Source: the human T2T-CHM13v2.0 reference genome, Homo sapiens. From it: 64,000 nucleotides of DNA. Location: NCBI RefSeq assembly GCF_009914755.1, contig NC_060934.1; one strand, written 5' to 3'. Below are positions 1-17,200 of the stretch, one piece after another. The notes below the pieces were generated by a model. The model worked only from the letters and a program-made list of their open reading frames with translations, was not told where the DNA came from and made no database searches. The position numbers and the translations under genes are program-made. Each line of letters opens with the position of its first letter. Within the stretch, counting starts at the first letter, position 1.

Positions 1-270
1 GTGCAATGGCACAAACACAGCTCACTGCAGCCTCTTCCTGGGTTAAAGCAAGACTCTCAGCTCAGCTCCCCAGTAGCTGAGATCACAAAAATCAGCCAGG
101 CATGGGACCGCATGTGTGTGCCACCATGCCTGGCTAATTTTTTAAGTTTTGATAGAGATAGGGTCTCCCCGTGTTGACCAAGCTGGTCTCAAATTCCTGG
201 GCTCAAGAGATTCTCCCACCTCAGCCTCCCAAATTGCTGGGATTACAGGCATGAACCACTGGGCCCAGGC
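1..270 (-). mobile_element. Alu (AluJ-like), truncated by the window edge
   Basis: Reverse Alu with CCTGGGCTCAAG, a J-type diagnostic. Confidence 0.85.
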
Positions 271-753
271 TATTTTAAAATAATTCTGTAAAAAAATGTG
301 AATATGGTAGAATGCTAACGAATGAGCAACTCAAAAAAGCATGTATAGAAAAATATATTTAATATTTTATAGAAGGAGGGATGCTCTTGAATGGGAAGAC
401 CACACGAGGGAGCTTTCCAGGGGTGCTGAAAAACACTCTATATATTCATCTCAATGATGGATACATGAGTGTCTCATATATATATATACACACATATATA
501 TTTAATTTTATTAAGCTGTGACTTAACTATATAATTTATATCACAATTAAAAAAAAAGATGTGTGTATGGAAGTGATACTGGGAGATGCTGGGTGATTAA
601 GAGCCACTGGATATTTGGGTCATGTCAACATGTTACTTCCAAAGGTCTAGAGCCTCTAAAATATGATTCCTGAAGAACATTTCAATGGTCTTATTATCTG
701 AACTTACCCTTTGTGATCTGCCTACCTTTAAATTCCATCTGGCACTAACTCAC

Positions 754-849
754 CCAGATGACTCTGGCTTCGAAATTTTTCCTCTAATATCCATGGCTCC
801 TTGCCTGTCTCCAATTTGAGGATCACTTCTGGTTTAGGAATGCAATACC
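754..849 (-). pseudogene. ZNF37BP: KRAB-B exon (96 bp)
   Basis: ttcacag|GGTATTGCATTCCTAAACCAGAAGTG...CATCTGG|gtgagt; encodes (G)YCIPKPEVILKLETGKEPWI... Confidence 0.92.
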
Positions 850-943
850 CTGTGAATGATGCAATACCCTGTGAATGAGAATTATATTACTTCTGACAAA
901 CTGGGTGGGTTTCCCTGAAGGAGGAAGACAGTATACCCCAAAC

Positions 944-946
<3 letters not shown>

Positions 947-976
<30 letters not shown>
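947..976. repeat. (AC)n microsatellite
   Basis: About 15 AC units. Confidence 0.95.
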
Positions 977-978
<2 letters not shown>

Positions 979-1157
979 CATTTAATCCTGTCGTGGGGCA
1001 GAGGAAAATATTCTTTCTGGTATCCAAAAGGGATACATTGTCTCTGACCTCTAAATTTCAAAGCTAAATGTTATATTTTACAAAATTTCCACAAGTTTCT
1101 ATCGATAAGAAAGGACATGCATTCTGGCCTTCTACATGGGAAACAATTCCTACCTAC

Positions 1158-1284
1158 CTACTGAGACAAGGTGGCTGTAGTTCTCCAGCATCACATTCCT
1201 CTACAGGGTCCTCTGAGCAGGGTCCAGATGATGCCACTCCTCTTGAGTGAAGCCCATAGTCACATCCCTAAATGACACTGATCC
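1158..1284 (-). pseudogene. ZNF37BP: KRAB-A exon (127 bp) with premature TAG at 1201-1203
   Basis: ttttccag|GGATCAGTGTCATTTAGGGAT...GTCTCAGTAG|gtaggt. Typical 127-bp KRAB-A exon; the conserved LYRDVMLENY reads L*RNVMLENY. Confidence 0.93.
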
Positions 1285-2597
1285 CTGGAAAATCACAGTT
1301 CTGCTCAGTCTGATGCAATAAGAATCAGCTGATGTGAGACAAGATGTTTAGGGACTAATTCTTACAATTTTTGTTGTTGAAAATTAAATAGAAAATGTTA
1401 TAAAGGGCCTCCATGATATATGTTGTTTTATGTTACACATTGTGGGTAAAAGATCATAGCAGAAATATCCTGTTGGTGAATTAATTACTTAATGCAAAAG
1501 TATTTAGTACCTACATGTGCCTAGAGCTTTCTTAGTTTCTGAGTATTCCAATTTGAATACAAGAGTCTTCCTTACAAGAGAGGAACATACCTTCTCATAA
1601 GGAAACATACATACAGAGACATATCTACCACAGGACTTAAAGGACTCACACCACAGATATGTGCAACACAGATGGATCATAAAAGTGTTCTGGGCAAATT
1701 CATGTGAGAGTGTGTCAACATATTAGACTTCACTGAAGTGATAAAACTTTAGTTCCTTTGCAAACATATAACAAAAACTTAAGAAAACGTTAAAAACCTG
1801 AAAAAATATGTGGCAAGTCAATGGAATTGCTTAACAGGATAACAGCATGTCTTACCTGTGATGAGATAAAGGTTGCAGAGGCATGGGAGATGAGGGAGAC
1901 TAGGAAATACTTTTGGCTTTAATCCTGTTAGTGTTCTCCAAATATTTATCACTCTTCTAATCCATAAAAATGTTTAGCAACTACTAGTTTAGTTTATATT
2001 TATAAAGTAAATAAAATACAATCTACATATAAGGAAAGCTTAATTTTGTTTTCATTTTTTAGATAAAAATATAAATAGGCATGCTGATAGTTTCCTCCCA
2101 TGCCCTAAAGGACTGGCAGTATATGACATAAACACAATAATCTTGCACACTTCCTTTAGGCCATAGGCTCCCTGCTCTCCCAACTCCAAGTCATTGATGC
2201 AAATAGCAGAAGTTGATGGTGAACTGAAAATACACACCTGAATCCCTGTAACATAATTCAGTTTTCACTCAGGAAGCAATGCCACCAAAGTACAGTGGAG
2301 ACTGTGCTGGAGAGCAGCGTTAGAGGTAGATTGTCTATATTACGGGGCAGCAGTGGAGATGTGGAAGAGGGAATTCACTAAGCAAAGGAAGAGAGGAAGG
2401 GCTACTTCCAGAGGGCCTGTATAGGGGCCTTAGAAGGTCTGGAAATTAGAACCAGGAGGTTGGGTGTTGGGGGAGGTGAGAGTACAGAGTGACAATAAGA
2501 CACATGCAGGCCATGCAGCTCTTGGAATGTCTTCATGTCATGGAAGTGAGCATGTCCAGTGGAAGGTTACAGAGATGATTCTGAAGCTTGGGAGAGA

Positions 2598-2831
<234 letters not shown>

Positions 2832-2930
2832 TCAGAGAAGAAAAAAACAGCGTTCCAAAATCAATGTTAATATTTGCCTAACTGTGAAAACAAAAAAAAT
2901 ACTCTGTGAACACTACTAGAAAATAAAATA

Positions 2931-3255
2931 GGCCAGGTGTGGTGGCTCACACCTGTAATCCCAGCCCTTTGGTAGGCCAAGGCGGGAGGCTCACGAGGTT
3001 AGGAGTTCAAGACCAGCCTGGTCAACATGGTGAAACCCCTTCTTTACTAAAAATACAAAAATTAGCCAGGCGTGCTGGCAGGTACCTGTAATCCCAGCTA
3101 CTCAGGAGGCTAAGACAGGAGAATCACTTGAAAATCCAGGAGGCAGATGTTGCAGTGAGCCAAGATCGCACCACTGTACTCCAGCCAGGGCAAAAAGAGT
3201 GAAACTCTGTCAAAAAAAAAAGAAAAAAGAAAAAGAAAAAGAAAGAAAGAAAGAA
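2931..3255 (+). mobile_element. Alu (S-like)
   Basis: Full dimer from GGCCAGGTGTGGTGGCTCAC to an A-rich tail. Confidence 0.9.
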
Positions 3256-3484
3256 TACAAAATGGATGTAAAATGCAGAATTGTACAAATCTAAATGTAT
3301 AAAATTGCACAAATTATCATAAAATAAAAACTTGAAGAAGAGTTAATAAAAGAATAGTTTCTAAAATATAAATAAATCTAGGAGATAAATTCCATTCTAC
3401 AATGAATTCTAGAAGAAAAAAAAGCTAAAGAGAGACTTTTGGGGGGGGGAATGAGGGCAATCAAGAGCACTGTGTACGTTATAG

Positions 3485-3613
3485 CCCATTTATGCCTGAG
3501 GTTACAATTTTATTAATTTTTGCAATCAGACCTTGAAATGACCTTAAGCAGTAAGATATAAATAACCCCCACAGGCTTAGCGTTCCAATAATGGAACACT
3601 AGGTATAAATGGG
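3485..3613 (-). mobile_element. MER85 piggyBac MITE
   Basis: Terminal inverted repeats CCCATTTATGCCT / AGGTATAAATGGG, internal palindrome GTTCCAATAATGGAAC, degenerate TTAA flanks (ATAG/TTAG). Confidence 0.85.
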
Positions 3614-3975
3614 TTAGGGAATTCAGAATGGCAAGCACAAACCCAGGACAGGAGAAGCTTGGCAAAGACCTGAAAAGACCCTAAGGTTTTACTTCTGGCT
3701 AATCTCTATGCTCGGTTCAAGCAAGTAGTGAAGACTAAGATGAAGTTCTTTTTATTATTATTATTATTATTATTATACTTTAAGTTTAGGGAACATGTGC
3801 ACAATGTGCAGATTAGTTACATATGTATACATGTGCCATGCTGGTGCACTGCACCCACTAACTCATCATCTAGCATTAGGTATATCTCCCAATGCTATCC
3901 CTCAACCCTCCCCCCAACCCACAACAGGCCCCAGAGTGTGATGTTCCCCTTCCTGTGTCCATGTGTTCTCATTGT

Positions 3976-7795
<3,820 letters not shown>

Positions 7796-7858
7796 TATGA
7801 TGTTAGCTGGTTATTTTGCTCGTTAGTTGATGCAGTTTCTTCTTAGTCTCAATGGTCT

Positions 7859-8874
7859 TTACATTTTGGCATGATTTTGCAGTGGCTGGTACCGGTTGTT
7901 CCTTTCCATGTTTAGCACTTCCTTCAGGAGCTCTTTTAGGGCAGGCCTGGTGGTGACAAAATCTCTGAGCATTTGCTTGTCTGTAAAGTATTTTATTTCT
8001 CCTTCACTTATGAAGTTTAGTTTGGCTGGATATGAAATTCTGGGTTGAAAATTCTTTTCTTTAAGAATGTTGAATATTGGCCCCCACTCTCTTCTAGCTT
8101 GTAGGGTTTCTGCCGAGAGATCTGCTGTTAGTCTGATGGGCTTCCCTTTGAGGGTAACCTGACCTTTCTCTCTGGCTGCCCTTAACATTTTTTCCTTCAT
8201 TTCAACTTTGGTGAATCTGACAATTATGTGTCTTGGAGTTGCTCTTCTCGAGGAGTATCTTTGTGGCGTTCTCTGTATTTCCTGAATCTGAACGTTGGCC
8301 TGCCTTGCTAGATTGGGGAAGTTCTCCTGGATAATATCCTGCAGAGTGTTTTCCAACTTGGTTCCATTCTCCCCATCACTTTCAGGTACACCAGTCAGAC
8401 GTAGATTTGGTCTTTTCACATAGTCCCATATTTCTTGGAGGCTTTGCTCATTTCTTTTTATTCTTTTTTCTCTAAACTTCCCTTCTCGCTTCATTTCATT
8501 CATTTCATCTTCCATTGCTGATACCCTTTCTTCCAGTTGATCGCATCGGCTCCTGAGGCTTCTGCATTCTTCACGTAGTTCTCCAGGCTTGGTTTCCAGC
8601 TCCATCAGCTCCTTTAAGCACTTCTCTGTATTGGTTATTCTAGTTATACATTCTTCTTAATTTTTTAAAAGTTTTCAACTTCTTTGCCTTTGGTTTGAAT
8701 GTCCTCCCATAGCTTGGAGTAATTTGATCGTGTGAAGCCTTCTTCCCTCAGCTCGTCAAAGTCATTCTCCGTCCAGCTTTGTTCCATTGCTGGTGAGGAA
8801 CTGCATTCCTTTGGAGGAGGAGAGGCGCTCTGCTTTTTAGAGTTTCCAGTTTTTCTGCTCTGTTTTTTCCCCAT
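7859..8874 (-). pseudogene. L1 ORF1p, disrupted
   Basis: MGKKQSRKTGNSK... (8665-8874) and ...RYQPLQNHAKM (7859-8605) lie in different frames. Confidence 0.93.
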
Positions 8875-9796
8875 CTTTGTGGTTTTATCTACTTTTGGTC
8901 TTTGATGATGGTGATGTACAGATGGGTTTTTGGTGTGGATGTCCTTTCTGTTTGTTAGTTTTTCTTCTAACAGACAGGACCCTCATCTGCAGGTCTGTTG
9001 GAGTACCTGGCCGTGTGAGGTGTCAGTCTGCCCCTGCTGGGGGGTGCCTCCCAGTTAGGCTGCTCAGGGGTCAGGGACCCACTTGAGGAGGCAGTCTGCC
9101 CGTTCTCAGATCTCCAGCTGCATGCTGGGAGAACCACTGCTCTCTTCAAAGCTGTCAGACAGGGACATTTAAGTCTGCAGATGTTACTGCTGTCTTTTTG
9201 TCTGTGCCCTGCCCCAGAGGTGAAGCCTACAGAGGCAGGCAGGCCTCCTTGAGCTGTGGTGGGCTCCACCCAGTTAGAGCTTCCCAGCTGCTTTGTTTAC
9301 CTAAGCAAGCCTGGGAAATGGTGGGCACCCCTCCCCCAGCCTCGCTGCCGCCTTGCAGTTTGATCTCAGACCGCTGTGCTAGCAATCAGTGAGACTCCGT
9401 GGGCATAGGACCCTCCGAGCCAGGCGTGGGATACAGTCTCCTGGTGCTCAGTGTTTTAAGCCCGTCGGAAAAGCGCAGTATTCGGTTGGGAGTGACCCGA
9501 TTTTCCAGGTGCCATCTGCCACCCCTTTCTTTGACTAGGAAAGGGAACTCCCTGACCCCTTGTGCTTCCCAAGTGAGGCAATGCCTCGCCCTGCTTCGGC
9601 TCACGCACGGTGTATGCACCCACTGACCTGAGCCCACTGTCTGGCACTCCCTAGTGAGATGAACCCGGTACCTCAGATGGAAATGCAGAAATCACCCATC
9701 TTCTGCCTTGCTCACACTGGGAGCTGTAGACCGGAGCTGTTCCTATTCAGCCATCTTGGCTCCTCCCCTCAGTCCAGTTGACTAAGATGAAGTTCT

Positions 9797-11215
9797 AAAT
9801 GGACCAGGCTAAGTGCTTAAAAAGTGCCCCAGGACAGAGCCAATTTGCAAATAATAAGAAAGGGGTTTTGTTATATTTTTGTTTTAGTTTTTTGTTTTTT
9901 CTTTTTCTTTTCCTTTTTCTTTTTTGTTTGGTGGTGGTTGTTTGAAACCTGGCCTTCCAGGAAAAATGCCTGTTAAAACACTACCTAAACACAAGCTAAA
10001 GAGAGAGAATTCAGTGACCACACATAAGACTGCAAAAAAAAGTTTGAAAAATTCATAAAAACAAATGGATACTGAAGACTTCAGTAATTAAGAACAGCAA
10101 AGTCTAGAGAAGAATGAGAAAGTGATTTCTAAAGTTACTAAATTATAATATTAAAATACCCAGTTTCAACAGGAACAAGAAAATCACAAAGCATACAAAG
10201 AAACTGGAAGTGTTGTCCAATCAAAGGAAAAATAGAAATTGACAGATATATCCCAGAGGCAAACCAAACATAACACTTCTTAAACAAAGACTTTAAATCA
10301 ACTGTCTTAAATATGCTCAAAAGCTAAAAGAAAACATACGAGCACCAGAGAGAACCATGAAACAACTTATAAACCAAATATCAATAAAGAGATTGAAATT
10401 ATAAAAAAGCACCAAATAGACATTCTAAAACTAAAAAGTACCATAATTGAAATAATGAATTCACCAGAGGAGTTCAACAGCAGATTTGGGAATGCCAAAA
10501 ATAATCTGTGAATTTAAGTATAAGACTATTGAAATTATCAAGTTTGAGAATCAGAGCAAAAAAGAATTAAGAAAAATAAATGGAACCCAAAGGACCTATG
10601 GGACACCATCAAGCTGACCAGCAAAAACATTATGGGAAATGTAGAAGAATACAAGAGAGACAAGGAAATAGAGTATTTGCCGAAAAGCCAAAATTAAACT
10701 CCCTAAATTTGGTGAAAGACACAAATCTACACATCCAGGAAGCACAATAAACTCAAAATAAACTCAAATACATCCACCAAGTCATGTTATAAGCAAACAG
10801 TCAGAAAAAAAAAATGACAGAGAATCAAATGCAAAGGAGAAGCAATTTGTCATATACAAAAGAACCTCAAAAAGATCATCAGCAGAAACCTTGGAGGTTA
10901 GAAGGCACTGGATTGATATATTCAAAGTGCTGAAAGAAAAAGCTGTCAGCTGAGAATTCTATGCATGGGAAACATGCCTGTCAATAATGAGGACATTCCC
11001 AGATGAACACAAGCTAAGGGAGTATGTTTTTACTAGATCTACTCTGCAAGGAATGCTAAAGGGAATCCTTTGGGTTGAAATGTGATTCACAACAAACAAG
11101 GGAACTGTTAAAAGATTATAAGCCAAGTTTTCATCTGGATTTGGTCTTAAAAGAGAAATTAGGATTAAATAAATAAGAAAAATGGCAGAGATTGGCAGAG
11201 TGGACAAATTTCTTC
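9797..11215 (+). mobile_element. Ancient L1M 5'/ORF1 remnant (host of the L1PA3 insertion; continues at ~3260-3749 and 17920-20066)
   Basis: A-rich degenerate ORF1-like sequence, e.g. GACTTTAAATCAACTGTCTTAAATATGCTCAAA and GGACACCATCAAGC. Confidence 0.7.
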
Positions 11216-11239
11216 AAATAATGCATACAAAAATGTAAT

Positions 11240-14200
11240 TAGAATGAATAAGATCGAGTATTTGATAGTACAACAGGGTGACTATAGTCAACAATTTTTT
11301 TTATTATACTTTAAGTTCTGGGGTACACTTGCAGAACATGCAGGTTTGTTACATAGGTATACATGTGCCATGGTGGTTTGCTGCACCCATCAACCCATCA
11401 TCTACATAAGGTATTTCTGCTAATGTTATCTCTCCCCTACCCCACCACCCTCCAACAGGCCCTGGTGTGAGATGTTCCCTTCCCTGTGTCCATGTGTTCT
11501 CACTGTCCCACTTATGAGTGAGAACATGCAATGTTTGGTTTTCTGTTCTTGTGTTAGTTTGCTGAGAATGATGGTTTCCACCATCATCCATGTCCCAGCA
11601 AAGGACATGAACTCATCCTTTTTTATGGCTGCATAGTATTCCATGGTGTATATGTACCACATTTTCCTTATCCAGTCTATCATTGATGGGCATTTAGGTT
11701 CATTCCAAGTCTTTGCTATTGTGAATAGTGCCACAAAAAACATACATATGCAAGTGTCCTTATAGTAGAATGATTTATAATCCTTTGGGTATATTCCTAG
11801 TAATGGGATTGCTGGGTCAAATGGTATTTCTGGTTCTAGATTCTTGAGGAATCACCACACTGTCTTCCACAATGGTTGAACCAATTTACACTCCCGCCAA
11901 CAGTATAAAATCGTTCTTATTTCTCCACATCCTCTCCAGCATCTGTTGTTTCCTGACTTTTTAATGCTCGCCATTCTAAATGGTGGGAGGTGGTATCTCA
12001 TTGTGGTTTTGATTTGCATTTCTCTAATGACCAGCGATGATGAGCTTTTTTTCGTATGTTTGTTGGCCACATAAATGTCTTCTTTTGAGAAGCGTCTGTT
12101 CATATCCTTCACCCACTTTTTGATGGGGTTGTTTTTTTCTTGTAAATTTGTTTAAGTTCTTTGTAGATTCTGGATATTAAACCTATGTCAGATGGATAGA
12201 TTGCAAAAATTTTATCTCATTCTGTAGGTTACCTGTTCACTCTGATGATAGTTTCTTTTGCTGTGCAGAAGCTCTTTAGTTTAATTAGATCCCATTTGTC
12301 AATTTTGGCTCTTGTTGCCATTGCTTTTGGTGTTTTAGTCATGAAGTCTTTGCCCACGCCTATGTCCTCAATGGTATTGTCTAGGTTTTCTTCTAGGGTT
12401 TTTATGGTTTTAGGTCTTACATTTAAGTCTTTAATCCATCTTGAATTAATTTTTGTATACGGTGTAAGGAGAGGGTCCAGTTTCAGTTTTCTGCATATGG
12501 CTAGCCAGTTTTCCCAACACCATTTATTAAATAGGGAATCAATTTCCCATTGCTTGTTTTTGTCAGGTCTGCCAAAGATCAGATGGTTGTAGACGTGTGG
12601 TGTTATTTCTGAGGCCTCTGTTCTATTCCATTGATCTATATATCTGTTTTGGTACCAGTACTATGCTGTTTTGGTTACTGTAGCATTGTAGTATAGTTTG
12701 AAGTCAGGTAGTGTGATGCCTCCAGCTTTGTTCTTTTTGCTTAGAATTGTCTTGGCTATCTGGGCTCTTTTTTGGTTCCATATGAAATTTAAAGTAGTTT
12801 TTTCTAATTCTGTGAAGGATGTTAATGGTAACTTGATGGGGATAGCATTGAATCTATAAATTACTTTGCAGTATGCCCATTTTCATGATACTGATTCTTC
12901 CTATCCATAAGCATGGAATGTTTTTCCATTTGTGTGTGTCCTCTCTTATTTCCTTGAGCAGTGTTTTGTAGTTCTCCTTGAAGAGGTCCTTCACATCCTG
13001 TGTAAGCTGTATTTCAAGGTATTTAATTTTGTTTGTAGAAATTGTGAATGGGAGTTCACTCATGATTTGGCTCTCTGTTTGTCTATTATTGGTGTATAGG
13101 AATGGTTGTGATTTTTGCACAATGATTTTGTATCCTGAGACTTTTCTGAAGTTGCTTATCAGCTTTAGGAGATTTTGGGCTGATACGATGGAGTTTTCTA
13201 TATATACAATCATGTCATCTGCAAACAGAGACAATTTGACTTCCTCTTTTCCTATCTGAACACCCTTTATTTCTTTCTGTTGCCTGAATGCCCTGGCCAG
13301 AACTTCCAATATCATGTTGAATAGGAGTGGTAAGAGAGGGCATCCTTGTCTTGTGCTGATTTTCAAAGGGAATGCTTCCAGTTTTTGCCCATTCAGTATA
13401 TTGGCTGTGAGTTTGTCATAAATAGCTCTTATTATTTTGAGATACATTCCATCAATACCTAGTTTTTTTGAGAGTTTTTAGCATGAAGCGGTGTTTAATT
13501 TTGTCAAAGGCCTTTTCTGCACCTATTGAGATATTCATGTGGTTTTTTTCATTGGTTCTGTGTATGTGATGGATTATTTTTATTGATTTGCCTATATTGA
13601 ACCAGCCTTGCATCCCAGGGATGAAGCCAACTTGATTGTGGTGGATAAGCTTTTTGATGTGCTGCTGGATTTGGTTTGACAGTATTTTATTGAGGATTTT
13701 TGCATAGATGTTCTTCAGGGATATTGGCCTGAAATTTTCTTTTTTTGTTGTGTCCCTGCAAGGTTTTGGTATCAGGACGATGCTGGCCTCATAAAATGTG
13801 TTAGAGAGGATTCCCTCTTTTTCTATTACTTGGAATAGTTTCAGAGGGAATGGTATCAGCTCCTCTTTGTACCTCTGGTAGTATCTGGCTGTGAATCCGT
13901 CTGGTCCTAGACCTTTTTTGGTTGGTAGGCTATTACTGCCTCAATTTCAGAATTTGTTATTGGTCTATTCAGGGATTTGACTTCTTCCTGCTTTAGACTT
14001 GGGAGGGTGTATGTGTCCAAGAATCTATCCATTTCTTCTAGATTTTCTAGTTTATTTGCATAGAGGTGTTTATAGTATTATCTGATGGTAGTTTGTATTT
14101 CTGTGGGATCAGTAGTGATAGCCCCTTTATCATTTTTTATTGCATCTATTTGATTCTTCTCTCTTTTCTTCTTTATTCTTCTGGCTATTCTATTTTGTTG

Positions 14201-17200
14201 ATCTTTTCAAAAAACCAGCTCCTGGATTCATTGATTTTTTGAAGGGTTTTTCGTATCTCTATCTCCATCAGTTCTGCTCTGATCTTAGTTATTTCCTGTC
14301 TTCTGCTAGCTTTCGAATTTGTTTGCTCTTGCTTCTCTAGTTCTTTTAATTATGATGTTAGGGTGTCTATTTTACGTCTTTCCTGCTTTCTGTTGTGGGC
14401 ATTTAGTGCTAAAAATTTCCCTCTAGACGCTACTTTAAATGTGTCCCAGAGATTCTGGTACATTGTGTCTTTGTTCTCATTGGTTTCAAATAACTTCTTT
14501 ATTTCTGCCTTAATTTCATTATTTACCCAGCAGTCATTCAGGAGCAGGTAGTTCAGTTTTCATGTAATTGTGCAGTTTTGAGTGAGATTCTTAATCCTGA
14601 TTTCTAATTTGATTGCACTGTGTTCTGAGAGACTGTTAAGATTTCCATTCTTTTGCATTTGCTGAGGAGTGTTTTACTTCCAATTATGTGGTCAATTTTA
14701 GAATAAATATGTTGTGGTGCTGAGAATAATATATATTCTGTTGATTTGGGTGGGAGAGTTCTGTAGATGTGTCTTAGGTCTGCTTGGTCCAGAGCTGAGT
14801 TAACATTCTGAATATCCTTGTTAATTTTCTGTCTTGTTGAACTGTCTAATATTGAGACTGGGCTGTTAAAGTCTCCCACTATTATTGTGTGGGAGTCTAA
14901 GTGTCTTTGTAGGTCTCTAAGAACTTGCTTTATGAATCTGGGTGCTCCTGTATTGAGTGCATACATATTTAGGATAGTTAGCTCTTCTTGTTGCATTGAT
15001 CCCTTTACCATTATGTAATGCCCTTCTTTGTCTCTTTTGATCTTCATTGTTTTAAAGCCTGTTTTATCAGAGACTAAGATTGTAACCTCTGTTTTTTTTG
15101 CTTTCCATTTGCTTGGTAAATATTCCTCCATCCCTTTATTTTGATGTGTGTCTTTGCACATGAGATGGGTCTCCTGAATACAGCACACTGATGGGTGTTG
15201 ACTCTTTATCCAATTTGCCAGTCTGTGTCTTTTAATTGGGGCATTTAGCCCATTTACATTTAAGGTTAATATTGTTATATGTGAATTTGATCCTGTCATT
15301 ATGATGCTAGCTGGTTATTTTGCCCATTAGTAGATGCAGGTTTTTCATAGTGTCAATGGTCTTTACAATTTGGTATGTTGTTGCAGTGGCTGGTACTGGT
15401 TGTTCCTTTTCACGGTTAGTGCTTCCTTCAGGAACTCTTGTAAGGCAGGCCTGGTGGTGACAAAATCTCTCAGAATTTGCTTGTCTGTAAAGGATTTTAT
15501 TTCTCCTTCGCTTATGAAGCTTAGTTTGGCTGGATATGAAATTCTGGGTTGAAAATTCTTTTAAGAATGTTGAATATTGGCACCCACTCTTTTCTGGCTT
15601 GTAGGGTTTCTGCAGGGAGATCTGCTGTTAGTCTGATGGGCTTCCCTTTGTGGGTGACCTGACCTTTCTCTCTTGCTGCCCTTAAAATTTTTTCCTTCAT
15701 TTCAACCTTGCTGAATCTGATGATTATGTGTCTTGGGGTTGCTCTCTTCAAGGAGTATCTTTGTGGTATTCTCTGTATTTCCTGAATTTGAATGTTGACC
15801 TCTCTTGCTAGGTTGGGAAAGTTCTCCTGGATAATATCCTGAAGGGTGTTTTCCAACTTGGTTCAATTCTCCCCGTCACTTTCAGGTACACCAATCAAAC
15901 ATAGATTTGGTCTTTTCACATAGTTCCATATTTCTTGGAAGCTTTGTTCATTCCTTTTTGTTCTTTTTTCTGTAATCTTGTCTTCTCACTTTATTTCATT
16001 AATCTGATCTTCAATCTCTTATATCCTTTCTTCTGCTTGATTGAGTCAGCTATTGATACTTGTGTATGCTTCATGAAGTTCTCGTGCTGTGTTTTTCAGC
16101 TCCATCAGGTGATTTATGTTCTTCTCTAAACTGGTTATTCTAGTTAGCAATACGTCTAATCTTTTTTCAATGTTCTTAGCTTCCTTGCATTGGGATAGAA
16201 CATGCTCCTTTAGCGTGGAGTAGTTAGTTATTACCTACCTTCTGAAGCCTACTTCTGTCAATTTGTCAAACTCATTCTCCATCCAGTTTTCTTCCCTTGC
16301 TGGCAAGGAGTTGTGATCCTTTGGAGGAGAATAGGCATTCTGGTTTTTGGAATTTTCCGCCTTTTGCACTGGTTTCTCCCCATCTTCATGGATTTCCTTA
16401 CCTTTGGTGTTTGATGTTGGTGACCTTCAGATGGGGTCTCTGAGTGGATGTCCTTTTTGTTGATGTTGATGTTATTCCTTTCTGTTTGTTAGTTTTCCTT
16501 CTAACAGTCAGGCCCCTCTGCTGCAAGTCTGCTGGAGTTTGCTGGAGTTCCACTCCAGACCCTCTTTGCCTGGGTATCACCAGCAGAGGCTGCCAAACAG
16601 CAAAGATTGCTGCCTGTTCCTTCCTCTGGAAGCTTTGTCCCAGAGGGTCACCTGCCAGAGGCCAGCTGGAGCTCTCCTGTATGAGGTGTCTGTTGGCCCC
16701 TACTGGAAGGTGTCTCCCAGTCAGGAGACATGGGGGTCAGTGACCCATTTGAGGAGGCAGTCTGACCTTTAGCAGAGCTTGAACGCTGTGCTGGGAGATC
16801 TGCTGCTCTCTTCAGAGCCATCAGGAAGCAACCTTTAAGTCTGCTGAAACTGTGCCCACAGCCGCCCCTTCCCCCAGGTGCTCTATCCCAGGGAGATGGG
16901 GCTTTTATCTATAAGCCCCTGACTGGGGATGCTGCCTTTTTTGTCAGAGATGCCCTGCCCAGAGAGGAGGAATCTAGAGAGGCAGTCTCAGCCTTGCTGA
17001 GCTGTGGTGTGTTCCACCCAGTTCAATCTTCCAGGCAGCTTTGTTTACACTGTGAGGGTAAAACTGCCTACTCAAGCCTCAGCCATGGCAGATGGCCCTC
17101 CTCCCACCAGGTTCGAGTATCCCAGGTTGAGCTCAGACTGCTGGGCTGGCAGTGAGAATTTCAAGCCAGTGGATCTTAGCTTGCTGGGCTCCGTGGGGGT

